NCBI GenBank assembly: GCA_038824665.1
Contig: JAWBBK010000005.1
Location: 44,642 to 108,641, forward strand
Reading direction: 5' to 3'
Length of the DNA stretch: 64,000 bases
DNA from: Acidilobaceae archaeon
GTDB lineage: Archaea > Thermoproteota > Thermoprotei_A > Sulfolobales > Acidilobaceae
The translations under genes were made by a program, and so were the position numbers. Below the pieces are notes generated by a model. The model saw only the letters and a list, made by a program, of their open reading frames with translations. It made no database searches and was not told the origin of the DNA. Of the stretch, positions 51,301 through 59,868 are shown piece by piece. Within the stretch, counting starts at the first letter, position 1; every line of letters begins with the position of its first letter.

Positions 51301-52311
51301 GTGAGCGGAGCTCGCGTAAGACTAGAAAACGTTTGGATTACCTATGGAGAGTTCCCGGCTCTACGAGGAGTTTCTATAGACATACAAAAGGGCTCCATAG
51401 TCTCTGTGATCGGACCTAGTGGTTGTGGAAAGACGACGCTTCTAAGAGCCATAGCCGGTCTCGTTGAGGTTAAGAAGGGAAAGGTGTACTTCGATGAAAA
51501 GGATTATACGAAAGTACCGCCAGAAGAGAGAGGTATAGGTATGGTATTTCAAGATCTAGCTCTTTTCCCTCATCTGAACGTATTTGAAAACATAGCGTTC
51601 GGTCTTAGATTGAGAGGAAGGGACGAACAAGAAATTAAGAACAGAGTGTTCGAAGTTATGAAGCTCGTAGGGCTAGAGCCTTCACTTTTCGCCTGGAAAA
51701 GCGTAAATCAACTTAGCGGTGGACAGCAACAGAGAGTTGCTCTAGCTAGAGCTCTTGTAATAGAGCCTCGAGTTCTCCTCCTAGACGAGCCTTTATCTCA
51801 TCTAGACTACAAGATCAAGCAGAGACTTCTCGAAGAAATAAGAAAGCTACAAAGAAGATTAGGAGTAACGACGATTTACGTAACTCATGACCAGACTGAA
51901 GCTATGCTGATCAGCGACTTCTTAGCTGTCATGATGGATGGAAAGATAGTTCAATACGGAAGTCCTCTCGAGGTCTACGAACATCCTTCTGACCTAAGAG
52001 TAGCGTCATTCTTCGGAGACCTCAACGTGATACCGAGTAGTCTTTTAGGATTAGGAGACTCTAACGTTATAGGCGTAAGACCTGAAGACGTTCTCATCAA
52101 CCCTTCTGAAGAAGTTGACACAAAGTTGTTAGGTGTAGTAGACGATCTGCTATTTCAAGGTCCTTTAGTAAGGATCGACATCAAAGTTGATGGGGTTTTG
52201 CTCAAGGCTTTGACTACTAGGTCTGAGTTCTTAAAGAACAAGGTCTCCTTAGGGGAGACTGTTGTTGTGGGATTGAAGAAAGAGCGTTTGAAGATCTTTG
52301 GTGCCACTTAG
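51301..52311 (+). CDS. potA: Polyamine ABC transporter ATPase
   Basis: GPSGCGKT, LSGGQQQRVALARAL and YVTHDQ motifs; TOBE tail. Confidence 0.88.
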   Translation: MSGARVRLENVWITYGEFPALRGVSIDIQKGSIVSVIGPSGCGKTTLLRAIAGLVEVKKGKVYFDEKDYTKVPPEERGIGMVFQDLALFPHLNVFENIAFGLRLRGRDEQEIKNRVFEVMKLVGLEPSLFAWKSVNQLSGGQQQRVALARALVIEPRVLLLDEPLSHLDYKIKQRLLEEIRKLQRRLGVTTIYVTHDQTEAMLISDFLAVMMDGKIVQYGSPLEVYEHPSDLRVASFFGDLNVIPSSLLGLGDSNVIGVRPEDVLINPSEEVDTKLLGVVDDLLFQGPLVRIDIKVDGVLLKALTTRSEFLKNKVSLGETVVVGLKKERLKIFGAT

Positions 52312-52313
52312 CG

Positions 52314-53093
52314 ATGACGAGTAGACTTCTCTTATCTCTCATTCTTATAGCTCCTTTAGCTCTGTTTTTGATCGCTCTCTTCTACACGCCTCTAGCTCTT
52401 CTAGCCTACAGAGCTTTCTGGTCTCACGAAGGACTTGACCTAACGGCTCCTATCGAAGTACTTACAAACCCTACCTACATATCGATACTACTCTTCAGTT
52501 GTGAGGTGGCTTTGATCACCACTTTCTGCACCTTTCTGATCGCCTATCCAGTAGCGCTCTACGTAAGCCTCTATAGCAGAGGCTTTGAAAGAGTAGCTTT
52601 GATAATGCTTTTAGTGACGCCTTTTTGGATAGACGTCCTTTTGAGAACCTGGTCCCTCAAATCCCTCCTTTACCTCATAGGCATTCGAGAAGGGTATTTA
52701 GCCATGATCATAGGCATGATATATGATTATTTGCCGTTTATGTTCATACCTTTAGCCATATCGCTGATGAGAATTTCTGAAAGCGTTATTGAAGCTGCTA
52801 AAACTCTGGGAGCGAAACCGCATCAGGTTTTAATGAAAGTGATAGTTCCAAACAGCACTTCAGGTATTGTAGTTGGTTGTCTTTTAGTGTTTCTAATGAG
52901 CTATACTGAAGTTGTAATACCACCGCTTCTCGGAGGGGTTGTAGGCACAACTGTAGGAGTAGCCATATACAGACTTATTCTGGAAGCTGATCGCTGGGCT
53001 GAAGGGGCTGTTTTAGCGTTGCTGGTGACAGCTTTAGGGATATTCGTAGCTGCCGCTACCTGGAAGCTATCAGAGAGGACAAGAGCGCTATGA
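52314..53093 (+). CDS. potB: Polyamine ABC permease
   Basis: IAYPVA, PFW, YLPFM and EAA loop. Confidence 0.85.
   Translation: MTSRLLLSLILIAPLALFLIALFYTPLALLAYRAFWSHEGLDLTAPIEVLTNPTYISILLFSCEVALITTFCTFLIAYPVALYVSLYSRGFERVALIMLLVTPFWIDVLLRTWSLKSLLYLIGIREGYLAMIIGMIYDYLPFMFIPLAISLMRISESVIEAAKTLGAKPHQVLMKVIVPNSTSGIVVGCLLVFLMSYTEVVIPPLLGGVVGTTVGVAIYRLILEADRWAEGAVLALLVTALGIFVAAATWKLSERTRAL
52791..52844 (+). repeat. 54-bp exact direct repeat, copy 1 (potB EAA loop)
   Basis: Identical to 53585-53638. Confidence 0.9.
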
Positions 53094-53917
53094 GAAGATA
53101 TGTTGAACTTCATGGACTTCTGCTCAACAAGAACTTTTTAAAACTAGTTACATTGTTCGTAATAGTAGCTCTCTACCTCCCGCCCTTAGTAATGTTAATC
53201 AATAGCTTTAACGAAAACCCGTTCATGAATAAGTGGCTAGGGTTTACCTTCAAGTGGTATAAACTAGTTTTATATGACTCAAGAGTTCGAGAAGCGCTCT
53301 TTAATAGCATCACTGTAGCCATAGCTAGCGCGTTCCTCAGCGTGCTCTTAGGATTTCTAGCGGGTCTGGTCTCAAGACCAGGTGGTGTTAAAACTCTGAA
53401 CTACCTTGTATACCCAGTGATAATCATGCCTGAGGTAGCAGAAGCCGTTTCGCTCTTTCTGTTTTACGTATATATCGGAATGGGACTAGGCTGGCTCACC
53501 GTGGTTTTAGGACATACGGCTTTCAACATAGCTTTCGCTTACACGATTATAAGTGTGACTGGACTAGGACATCCTAGCTTAGAAGAAGCTGCTAAAACTC
53601 TGGGAGCGAAACCGCATCAGGTTTTAATGAAAGTGATAATCCCACTCTCTCTTCCGACGCTAGTTGCTGCTCTAGTCCTAACGTTCTTACTCAGCTTCAC
53701 GAACTTCGTTAAGACCATATTCACAAGAGGTCCCGGCTTTGAGACCTTGCCCCTCTTAATCTGGGCTAGAGCGAGGAGACCAGGCATAGATGAACTAGCT
53801 TATCCGAACGCTCTTAACGCTTTAGCTTCTCTGATATTTTTCACAACTCTAACTCTAGCAGTCTTAGTATCTATAGCTTATGTAGCGAATGCAACGAGAC
53901 GTGAAAAGACTCACTAA
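53090..53917 (+). CDS. potC: Polyamine ABC permease
   Basis: GFTFKWY, MPEV, LGH, EAA loop and TLPL motifs. Confidence 0.85.
   Translation: MRRYVELHGLLLNKNFLKLVTLFVIVALYLPPLVMLINSFNENPFMNKWLGFTFKWYKLVLYDSRVREALFNSITVAIASAFLSVLLGFLAGLVSRPGGVKTLNYLVYPVIIMPEVAEAVSLFLFYVYIGMGLGWLTVVLGHTAFNIAFAYTIISVTGLGHPSLEEAAKTLGAKPHQVLMKVIIPLSLPTLVAALVLTFLLSFTNFVKTIFTRGPGFETLPLLIWARARRPGIDELAYPNALNALASLIFFTTLTLAVLVSIAYVANATRREKTH
53585..53638 (+). repeat. 54-bp exact direct repeat, copy 2 (potC EAA loop)
   Basis: gaagctgctaaaactctgggagcgaaaccgcatcaggttttaatgaaagtgata. Confidence 0.9.
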
Positions 53918-53922
53918 GAAAT

Positions 53923-54030
53923 TGGTCCCGCCGGGGGGATTCGAACCCCCGACCCCCCGGTGTCTGAGAGACACCGGGTTTTTCGCCCGTCTCACTACAG
54001 CCGGGCGCTCTACCGCTGAGCTACGGCGGG
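53923..54030 (-). tRNA. tRNA-Tyr(GTA) with a 33-nt intron at 37/38 (53962-53994), CCA encoded
   Basis: CCCGCCG acceptor stem; CCCGG-CT-GTA-G^A-CCGGG; relaxed bulge-helix-bulge with GAGAC/GTCTC helix. Confidence 0.93.
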
Positions 54031-54083
54031 TCCTCTCTTAATATCTCCTACCTCTCAGACTTATAACGGTTATTCTGAAATGT

Positions 54084-55316
54084 TTAAACGAGTTCAGCAA
54101 GAGCTCTAGGAAGTGCTGCATAAACTTTTATTAGCTTCTTTAACTCTTCGACCGAGATAAACTCATCAGGAGCGTGAGCTAAAGCGGTTTCAGGACCGTA
54201 CGCTATAGCTTTAGAACCTCTCGTCGTATAGTACCACATATCGAGACCTCCGGGACACACTACTGGATCCAGATTCTTGATTTCAGAGCTTTCTGCAGCC
54301 CTACGAAGAGCTTCTAACAATATAGAGGGGTCGCTTATTGCTGGCTCCATAGCTTGATCTACTGTGATCTCGTAGGTTATATTCAACTTCTGAGCTAGCC
54401 ATGCTATAACGCTCCTAAGCTCATCTAGAGCCTCAGAGGTCCTTTCTTCAGGTATCAATCTTCTGTCTATTGTGAACACGAACTCTCCGGGGACTTGATT
54501 AGTCTTCCCGCCTCCCACAACATTAGCTACTCCACCTATCATAGCCGTAGGTCTAGAGGCCTCAGGAGGTACTATCTTGTATTTTGACTTCTTAGAGGAG
54601 TAGAGAGAGGTCAAAGCCTCGTGGAGTCCTAAAGCGAGCTGTGAGGCTAACAGAAACGCATTTACTCCAAGCCATGGAGTACTTCCATGAGCTGGTTTTC
54701 CTATTGTCTTGATGGTTAGCCAAAGCACTCCTCGATGACCAATCCAGGGAGTCGTGAGGCCGCTAGGCTCAGGTATAAAGACGAACTCAGGGACTTTGTT
54801 CAACATCTTCGTAACGAGATAGCCAGTTCCACAAGCGCCTCCTATCTCTTCGTCTGGAACAAAGGCAACCTCTAGCCTTAGCCTGTCTTCCACTTCTTCC
54901 AACTTTGCGAGCCTAAAGGCTCCTAAGAGAGCGGCTATACCTCCCTTCATATCTACAGCCCCTCTGCCGTAGACCTTTCCGTCTTTAACGACAGGACTAA
55001 ACGGCTCTGTAACGGTCCAGCCTGTGCCTCCCGGAACAACGTCATAATGACCGTTGAAGTGAAGTCTTGGAAGGTTTTCCTCACCTCTCCAACCGAATAC
55101 TATAAATCTGGGATTGTTTCCTGCTCCTCTACACATAGTCGCTTGATAGTCTTGAGGAACTCTTTCGACTAAGACCTCGAAGCCGTTCTCCTCTAGGTTT
55201 TTAGCCAAGACCTCAACGATTTCTTCATAATGCTCTCCTGAAGGAGCTACAGTAGGTATTGAGATCAACCTCTTTAAGACATCCACTGCATACTCTAAAG
55301 AGCTTTCAAAACTCAA
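54084..55316 (-). CDS. M20 family metallopeptidase/deacylase (ArgE/DapE-like)
   Basis: NGHYDVVP, GRGAVDMKGG, DEE, EPS and AHAPDE motifs. Confidence 0.9.
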   Translation of the reverse strand: MSFESSLEYAVDVLKRLISIPTVAPSGEHYEEIVEVLAKNLEENGFEVLVERVPQDYQATMCRGAGNNPRFIVFGWRGEENLPRLHFNGHYDVVPGGTGWTVTEPFSPVVKDGKVYGRGAVDMKGGIAALLGAFRLAKLEEVEDRLRLEVAFVPDEEIGGACGTGYLVTKMLNKVPEFVFIPEPSGLTTPWIGHRGVLWLTIKTIGKPAHGSTPWLGVNAFLLASQLALGLHEALTSLYSSKKSKYKIVPPEASRPTAMIGGVANVVGGGKTNQVPGEFVFTIDRRLIPEERTSEALDELRSVIAWLAQKLNITYEITVDQAMEPAISDPSILLEALRRAAESSEIKNLDPVVCPGGLDMWYYTTRGSKAIAYGPETALAHAPDEFISVEELKKLIKVYAALPRALAELV

Positions 55317-55396
55317 GATCTCACCTCCAAGATCGAGTTAGCGCTCGATCGCAACCTTAAGAGTCTCCTACACTAAGTCTCTAAAAAAGGGAGTCT

Positions 55397-55855
55397 ATGT
55401 CGTCGCCTAAGAGGAGGTCTTATGAAGCCGAGACAGAGCTAGCCAATCTTCTGTGGAAGCTCGGTTTTGCCGTAATCAGAGGACCTGCTAGCGGAGGAGG
55501 AGCTAGGAAAAGATTTCAACCAGACCTCGTAGCGGTTAAAGAAGGAAGAGTTTTGGTTCTCGAAATTAAAAGGTTCTTCAGAGAAGAAGGCCCTCTCTAC
55601 CTGGAGTCAAGCCAAGTGATGAGGCTTCAAGAGTGGGCTAGAAGAGCTGGAGGAACAGCTCTAATAGCGGTCAGACTTTCAGGAGGCGAATGGAGAATTC
55701 ATAACATTAACGATCTCAAGGTCACTAAAGGAGGTAACTTCAAGCTGGACGATCCCAAAAAGGGACTAAGGTTAAGAGACTTTTTAGAGATTTTCGAATC
55801 AAGAAGTAGACCTCTCACGGAATATATGGACTTCGGAAAACAAAGAGACATATAA
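55397..55855 (+). CDS. hjc: Holliday junction resolvase
   Basis: E.ELA..L...GFAVIRGPASG, PDLVA and EIK motifs. Confidence 0.88.
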   Translation: MSSPKRRSYEAETELANLLWKLGFAVIRGPASGGGARKRFQPDLVAVKEGRVLVLEIKRFFREEGPLYLESSQVMRLQEWARRAGGTALIAVRLSGGEWRIHNINDLKVTKGGNFKLDDPKKGLRLRDFLEIFESRSRPLTEYMDFGKQRDI

Positions 55856-55950
55856 TGTCTCCTAGACAGTCGGAAAATCTGTCATAAACGCTTTAGGATA
55901 TGGTGATAAATAAAAAAACCTTAGTGTGACTAAAGATTTAGGTGTAAAGA

Positions 55951-56760
55951 GTGGTTCTTGCAGAGACTTTAGGATTGCTGATACTGATGCTGGCCCTTAT
56001 CGCTTTGTTAATAATTTTGTATAGCGTTAGAGTGGTAAGAGAATATGAGCGACTAGTTGTTTTCAGACTCGGAAGACTTCTCGGAGTCAAAGGACCTGGT
56101 CTGACGATTCTGATCCCCCTAATAGATACGGCTATAAACGTAGACCTTAGAATAATAACCGTCGACATCCCCGAACAAAGAGCTATAACTAAAGACAATG
56201 TGACGGTAGGTGTAGACGCAGTCGTCTACTACAGAGTAGTAGAACCAGACAAGGCGGTTACGAAGATCGAAAACTATCATTATGCGATATTGTTGTTAGC
56301 TCAGACCTCGCTAAGAGACATAATTGGACAAGTTGAACTTGACGATCTCCTAACGAAAAGAGAAGAGGTAAACAAAAAGCTACAAGAAACCCTAGATGTT
56401 TTAACTGACCCTTGGGGTATCAAAATAGTAGGCGTTACACTAAAGGAAGTGAAGTTACCTGAAGGTATGCTCAGAGCCATGGCTAAACAAGCTGAAGCTG
56501 AAAGATGGCGGAGAGCTAGAGTGATAGAAGCCGAAGGCGAAAAGCAGGCTGCTACTATCATAGCTGAAGCCGCTAAAATGTATGAACACCATCCCATAGC
56601 TGTGAGGCTTAGAGAGCTACAAACTCTGGTAGAGATAGCTAGAGAAAAGAATATGATAGTAATAGCTCCTTCAGGAGTTTTAGGAACTGTAGCCGGTCTA
56701 GAGGTGGCTCTTTCTAAGATTCAAACACAACCTGAAGGGAAAGCAAGAAAGGAAGCGTAA
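55951..56760 (+). CDS. Stomatin/SPFH family protein
   Basis: EYERLVVFRLGR, TKDNV, DPWGI and AMAKQAEAER motifs. Confidence 0.93.
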   Translation: MVLAETLGLLILMLALIALLIILYSVRVVREYERLVVFRLGRLLGVKGPGLTILIPLIDTAINVDLRIITVDIPEQRAITKDNVTVGVDAVVYYRVVEPDKAVTKIENYHYAILLLAQTSLRDIIGQVELDDLLTKREEVNKKLQETLDVLTDPWGIKIVGVTLKEVKLPEGMLRAMAKQAEAERWRRARVIEAEGEKQAATIIAEAAKMYEHHPIAVRLRELQTLVEIAREKNMIVIAPSGVLGTVAGLEVALSKIQTQPEGKARKEA

Positions 56761-56766
56761 AGAGCC

Positions 56767-58188
56767 ATGATGAGAACTTCAGCAGCCCTACTTGTCTCTC
56801 TAGTTTTCCTCTCTCTCTTAGCGCCACATTTAGCTCAAGAAACTGAACTCGAAGACCGTAAAGCGATAGTTGACAATGATGATCTAGGCCTCATGTATTG
56901 TGGTCACATAACCAAGAAGATGGGCATAGTTGAAGAAGATGTAGAAGCTGATGACAGTGTCGGCCCTCACGTGATAGTGGCCAAAATTGAGGGAGTCATA
57001 GGAGAGTGGGCTCAAAGATATGTAGAAAGAGTTCTAGCGTTAGCTGAAAGCAAGCGGTCCGTTTTAGTGCTTGAACTCGAGACTCCCGGAGGACTCTTAG
57101 AACCTTCGCTCTCTATAGCGAACTCGATAAGTAGAGCCAAGGTTCCAGTAGTCACATATGGAAGAGGTAAATGGGTTGAGAGCGCTGGAGCCTTGATACT
57201 CGTCTCAGGTCATATAGCTGTTCTGGCTCCAGGAACTATAACGGGCTCTTTGCAACCAGTTAGAATAGACCCTCAGCGAGGCTACGTGCCTATTAACGAT
57301 ACCAAAACCATAAATCCTATAATAAAGGCTCTTTGTGAACATGGAGCGTCTAAAGGACGCAACGCTACAGCGCTGATCAGAATGGTTTTAAACAACGCCA
57401 ATTATGGAGCTGAAGAAGCTGTGACCATAGGACTGACCGAGTTCTCCGCTAAGAGCAGAGAGGAACTGTTGTTACTCATTAACGGACTTAAGGTAAGACT
57501 TTACGATGGTCGTGTAGTCAAAATAATCACTACAGAGGATTACGAAGAGGTCTCTCCAAGTCTCTCTGAAAACCTATTGAGAGGACTGTCGGACCCTCTT
57601 CTCTCAGGAGTTCTCCTTAGCATTGGAGTCTTAGCTTTGATATTTAGCGTAGCTAACAGCAACCCGCTGGGAATAGTTTTAGGGTTAGCTCTTGTCCTCT
57701 TAGGGCTCTTAGGATACGGCTTCAGTGCGAGTTTTGTCTCCCTCTCCTTAATCGGACTAGGAGCAATTCTCTTAGTGGCTGAACTTTTGACTCCAGGCTT
57801 CGGATTGATGGGAGCTACGGGGATAGTATTAATGTCTATAGGGATCGCACTGGTTCCTGTCACCTCGGGTTTCGCTGTCTCACAGGCCTACCTCTCGCAG
57901 TTGTTCGTCACTCTTCTCATTATTAGCATCGTTTTAGGACTAGGTGCGGTCTTCGTTATTTACAAAATCGTTCAGGCCCAGAAGCACGAACCAGTGATAG
58001 GCAGAATTATGGGAGCTGTAGGTATAGCTCTTGACGATATACCTCCAGGTGAGGAAGGCTTCGCTTTAATCGAGGGAGAATATTGGAAGGTGAGATCTGA
58101 TCAGAGGATTTCCCGAGGGGATAAGGTCCTAGTAGTAGGCAAAGAAGGCCCGCGATTAATAGTAAAGCCTGTCCGTGAAGAAAAGTAG
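56767..58188 (+). CDS. nfeD: NfeD membrane-bound serine protease (long form)
   Basis: TPGG and SAG ClpP-like domain, TM region, C-terminal OB fold GEYW; adjacent to stomatin. Confidence 0.88.
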   Translation: MMRTSAALLVSLVFLSLLAPHLAQETELEDRKAIVDNDDLGLMYCGHITKKMGIVEEDVEADDSVGPHVIVAKIEGVIGEWAQRYVERVLALAESKRSVLVLELETPGGLLEPSLSIANSISRAKVPVVTYGRGKWVESAGALILVSGHIAVLAPGTITGSLQPVRIDPQRGYVPINDTKTINPIIKALCEHGASKGRNATALIRMVLNNANYGAEEAVTIGLTEFSAKSREELLLLINGLKVRLYDGRVVKIITTEDYEEVSPSLSENLLRGLSDPLLSGVLLSIGVLALIFSVANSNPLGIVLGLALVLLGLLGYGFSASFVSLSLIGLGAILLVAELLTPGFGLMGATGIVLMSIGIALVPVTSGFAVSQAYLSQLFVTLLIISIVLGLGAVFVIYKIVQAQKHEPVIGRIMGAVGIALDDIPPGEEGFALIEGEYWKVRSDQRISRGDKVLVVGKEGPRLIVKPVREEK

Positions 58189-58210
58189 AGAACCTAGAAA
58201 CGCTACAAGT

Positions 58211-58405
58211 TTACTCAATATCGCAGAGTTTGTCTATCTCTCTCTTTAAGAGTGCCAGTTCATCGTATATCTTGTTTAATGTCTCTAAGATCACAGGCAA
58301 CCCCTTCTCTTCCGATATTCTAGTCCTTAATTGAGACTCAAGAATTTCCAGTCTTCCGTAAACTGAGTCTAAGAGATCTCTAGCTCTACACTCCACTCTC
58401 TCCAC
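58211..58405 (-). CDS. Small coiled-coil hypothetical protein
   Basis: Overlaps the upstream gene with an SD-like GGAGAG; amphipathic helices. Confidence 0.55.
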   Translation of the reverse strand: MERVECRARDLLDSVYGRLEILESQLRTRISEEKGLPVILETLNKIYDELALLKREIDKLCDIE

Positions 58406-59168
58406 CTCTGAGCACTCCTTCGAAGATCATCGGAAATAGTTTGAGACTCAGCTCTCTGATCTCTTCTGAGAGCCTTTCAGCTTCCGCTACCGAGATCAGA
58501 GTCTTGAGCTTCGCTACATCTAAAACAGTTAATATCAAAGACAACGCGTCTATAGCGTAGACATAGCGTAGAGCATAAAGAGCTGAAGTACAACAATCTA
58601 TCGCTACCGAACCTCTAAGCTTCTTGGACTCAGCAACAGCTTTCTTCAAAACCTCTTCACTGCTCAAACTATCGGCGCTAATCGCTGTTCCGATCGCTAA
58701 GCTCATCTTGTTCTCTAGCTCGAGCCTTTCTTCTCTAAAGCTTCGAGAACCCAAGAGAGTCTGAGCGAGATCTAGAGACGCTACAAGCGGAAAGCCGACA
58801 GGAGCAAGCAGACGCGAAGCTGAGTCTCTGGGAAGTGCATAAAGAGCTACCAACACGTCGTAATCGCCTTTTAGTCGAAAGCCTTCACCTACGTAGATGA
58901 CCTTTCTGGCTCCGAATATATAGAGTTCTCTGAGAGCATCCACCAAGGCGTGAGGATAAGGAGGAACACAAGCTAAAAGTAAATCCTTGTCTGAGTACCT
59001 ACCTAGAATTAGAGTAAAGCCGGGCTTGCCCTTATACTCTCCTAGCTCCTCGTCTAAGCTTCTCCTGATGGACTCAAAGACCTCTCTAGCCGTTACCAAG
59101 AACAGCAAGTTTGTCGATATGCTTCCTCTTAATCCGGTATGAATTCCTACCATCTCTAACGACAACAC
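58386..59168 (-). CDS. Divergent nucleoside phosphorylase (PNP/UP-like) fold protein
   Basis: EL...GARKVIYVG, ALPRD.AS, SAD and AIDCCTSAL in place of VEME.AAL. Confidence 0.55.
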   Translation of the reverse strand: MLSLEMVGIHTGLRGSISTNLLFLVTAREVFESIRRSLDEELGEYKGKPGFTLILGRYSDKDLLLACVPPYPHALVDALRELYIFGARKVIYVGEGFRLKGDYDVLVALYALPRDSASRLLAPVGFPLVASLDLAQTLLGSRSFREERLELENKMSLAIGTAISADSLSSEEVLKKAVAESKKLRGSVAIDCCTSALYALRYVYAIDALSLILTVLDVAKLKTLISVAEAERLSEEIRELSLKLFPMIFEGVLRGGESGV

Positions 59169-59249
59169 TAATCACTCATTGATTACAGTAAGACGTGAAG
59201 TTAAATATAAAAATATCCTCTGATATACCCCCTAGGGGGTGGGGAGGGG

Positions 59250-59636
59250 ATGGAAGCGATATCTGGAAGATTAGAAGCAACGAGAAAACCCAAAGTTTAT
59301 GGTTATCACGTATTGGGCAACTTATTTGATTGTGGAAACAAAGAGCTACTTACAGACCCCGAGAGACTTAAAGACCTAATCATCAAAGCGACAGAGGTCG
59401 GAAACATGACGCTCTTAGATATCAAGACCTGGAAGATAGGACTAGGGGTCTCAATGGTAGCGATAGTGCTGGAAAGTCATATAGCTATACACACCTGGCC
59501 TGAGTTCAGCTTCGCGACTGTTGATGTCTACAGCTGTGGAAAGCATACAGACCCAAAGGCAGCCTTTGACTATATAGTCTCAGCTCTAAGACCTAGATAT
59601 GTTGAATTCAAAGAGTTCGAGAGAGTCTTGGAATAG
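59250..59636 (+). CDS. speH: S-adenosylmethionine decarboxylase proenzyme (pyruvoyl-dependent)
   Basis: LESHIAIHTWPE..ATVDVYSCG; DIKTWKIG.GVS resembles the crenarchaeal AdoMetDC more than the ArgDC paralog. Confidence 0.85.
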   Translation: MEAISGRLEATRKPKVYGYHVLGNLFDCGNKELLTDPERLKDLIIKATEVGNMTLLDIKTWKIGLGVSMVAIVLESHIAIHTWPEFSFATVDVYSCGKHTDPKAAFDYIVSALRPRYVEFKEFERVLE

Positions 59637-59640
59637 GGAT

Positions 59641-59671
59641 TGGCCCCAGGGGTTCAAATCCCCTGGGGCTA
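59641..59671 (+). other. tRNA-like minihelix hairpin (12-bp stem plus T-loop)
   Basis: TGGCCCCAGGGG-TTCAAAT-CCCCTGGGGCTA, 4 nt after the speH stop. Confidence 0.7.
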
Positions 59672-59868
59672 TCTTTATGTGAATCTCCCTCCTCTTTTAA
59701 CTGAATTCGTATAGACGGTTCTATTGACGTTTAAAAGAACTTACTGAATCTCAATAGAAAAGTTAGATCTCAGATTGCCCCACATGGGTAGTGAAAAAGT
59801 CTTTCTTACAGATGAGGAAAAATGATGATAGAACAGCTACAAGAGACCGTTAAAAGGATTAGGAGAGG

